From the IMG/VR virus record IMGVR_UViG_3300025889_000071: a stretch of 64,000 nucleotides of DNA; one strand, written 5' to 3'. This document shows positions 63,352 to 64,000 of this stretch, one piece after another. The stretch comes from a virus (lineage: Duplodnaviria > Caudoviricetes). Position numbers and translations under genes: made by a program. Every line of letters begins with the position of its first letter. Position 1 is the first letter of the stretch. A model generated the notes under the pieces. It was not told where the DNA came from. It did no database searches and saw only the letters and a program-made list of their open reading frames with translations.

Positions 63352-64000
63352 ATGGCAGAACAAAGAGTTAAGGTTAGTCAAATTGTTTCTAATCAACTTC
63401 CCGAATATGTAAGACTACAATATCCACAATTTGTTCAATTTTTGACGCAGTATTATCAGGGTCAGGAATATCCAGGAGCTCCTCTTGACTTAATACAAAA
63501 TATAGATTCATATATTAAAATAAATGAGAATGGAAATACTGTTGGTTTTACGTCTCTTTCTAATGATATTGATGTTATTGACAATTCCATTCAAGTAGAT
63601 AATACTAGTGGATTTCCTGAAAAATATGGATTATTAAAAATTAATGATGAAATTATCACATATTCTGGAACAACTTCAACTTCATTTACTGGTTGTGTAC
63701 GTGGATTTAGTGGTATTACTTCATTTACATCATCAGACAATATAGAAGATCTTGTATTTTCAAATTCAGAGGCATCTTCACATTCTGAGGGCGATAATGT
63801 TGAGAATTTAAGTAGATTATTCTTACAAGAATTTTTTAAAAAGATAAAAAAACAATATCTATATGGACTAGGTGATCAAAAATTAACGGATAATTTAAAT
63901 AAATCCCAATTTATCAGGAGTGCGAAAGATTTTTATTCAATAAAAGGAACTGATGCTTCGTTTAAAATTCTTTTTAAAGCACTTTTTGGCGAAAACGTTG
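63352..64000 (+). CDS. 7: Baseplate wedge initiator gp7, N-terminal part (runs off window)
   Basis: Open frame from ATG 63352: MAEQRVKVSQIVSNQLPEYV...FVQFLTQYY; later includes ..KDFYSIKGTDASFKILFKALFG; follows gp6. Confidence 0.8.
   Translation, partial: MAEQRVKVSQIVSNQLPEYVRLQYPQFVQFLTQYYQGQEYPGAPLDLIQNIDSYIKINENGNTVGFTSLSNDIDVIDNSIQVDNTSGFPEKYGLLKINDEIITYSGTTSTSFTGCVRGFSGITSFTSSDNIEDLVFSNSEASSHSEGDNVENLSRLFLQEFFKKIKKQYLYGLGDQKLTDNLNKSQFIRSAKDFYSIKGTDASFKILFKALFGENV

Noticed and set aside
1-64000. Genetic-code reassignment
   Set aside because: Core genes translate full-length with the standard code, and no suppressor tRNA is present.

Overview
This window is a 64-kb piece of a T4-like cyanophage (cyanomyovirus) genome. 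From left to right: (1) replication and transcription genes (thyX end, phoH, exonuclease, gp33, gp59, gp32); (2) a baseplate and tail block (gp53, gp48, gp2-like, gp4, gp19-like, gp26, gp51, two large hub proteins with peptidoglycan hydrolase domains, gp5) with the host-derived cp12 gene embedded; (3) four tRNAs, with tRNA-Leu(UAA) interrupted by an intact-looking 198-nt group I intron; (4) large fibre genes with Cys/Asn-rich 17-aa repeats, then a sulfotransferase and a GT9-like glycosyltransferase; (5) a ~16-kb accessory (early-type) region divided at gene junctions by 14 co-oriented copies of TGGGCCC-N3-AAAGTGT, holding a DUF262/ParB-like gene, a helicase, a restriction-modification-like pair between two identical 27-bp repeat copies, and a GIY-YIG endonuclease; (6) a promoter-to-terminator non-coding unit near 58.7-58.9 kb; (7) gp25, gp6 and the start of gp7. 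The strongest candidates for something new are the repeat-delimited cassette array with its R-M-like cassette and the phage-borne tRNA-Leu intron. All assignments come from reading motifs by eye; no database searches were run.
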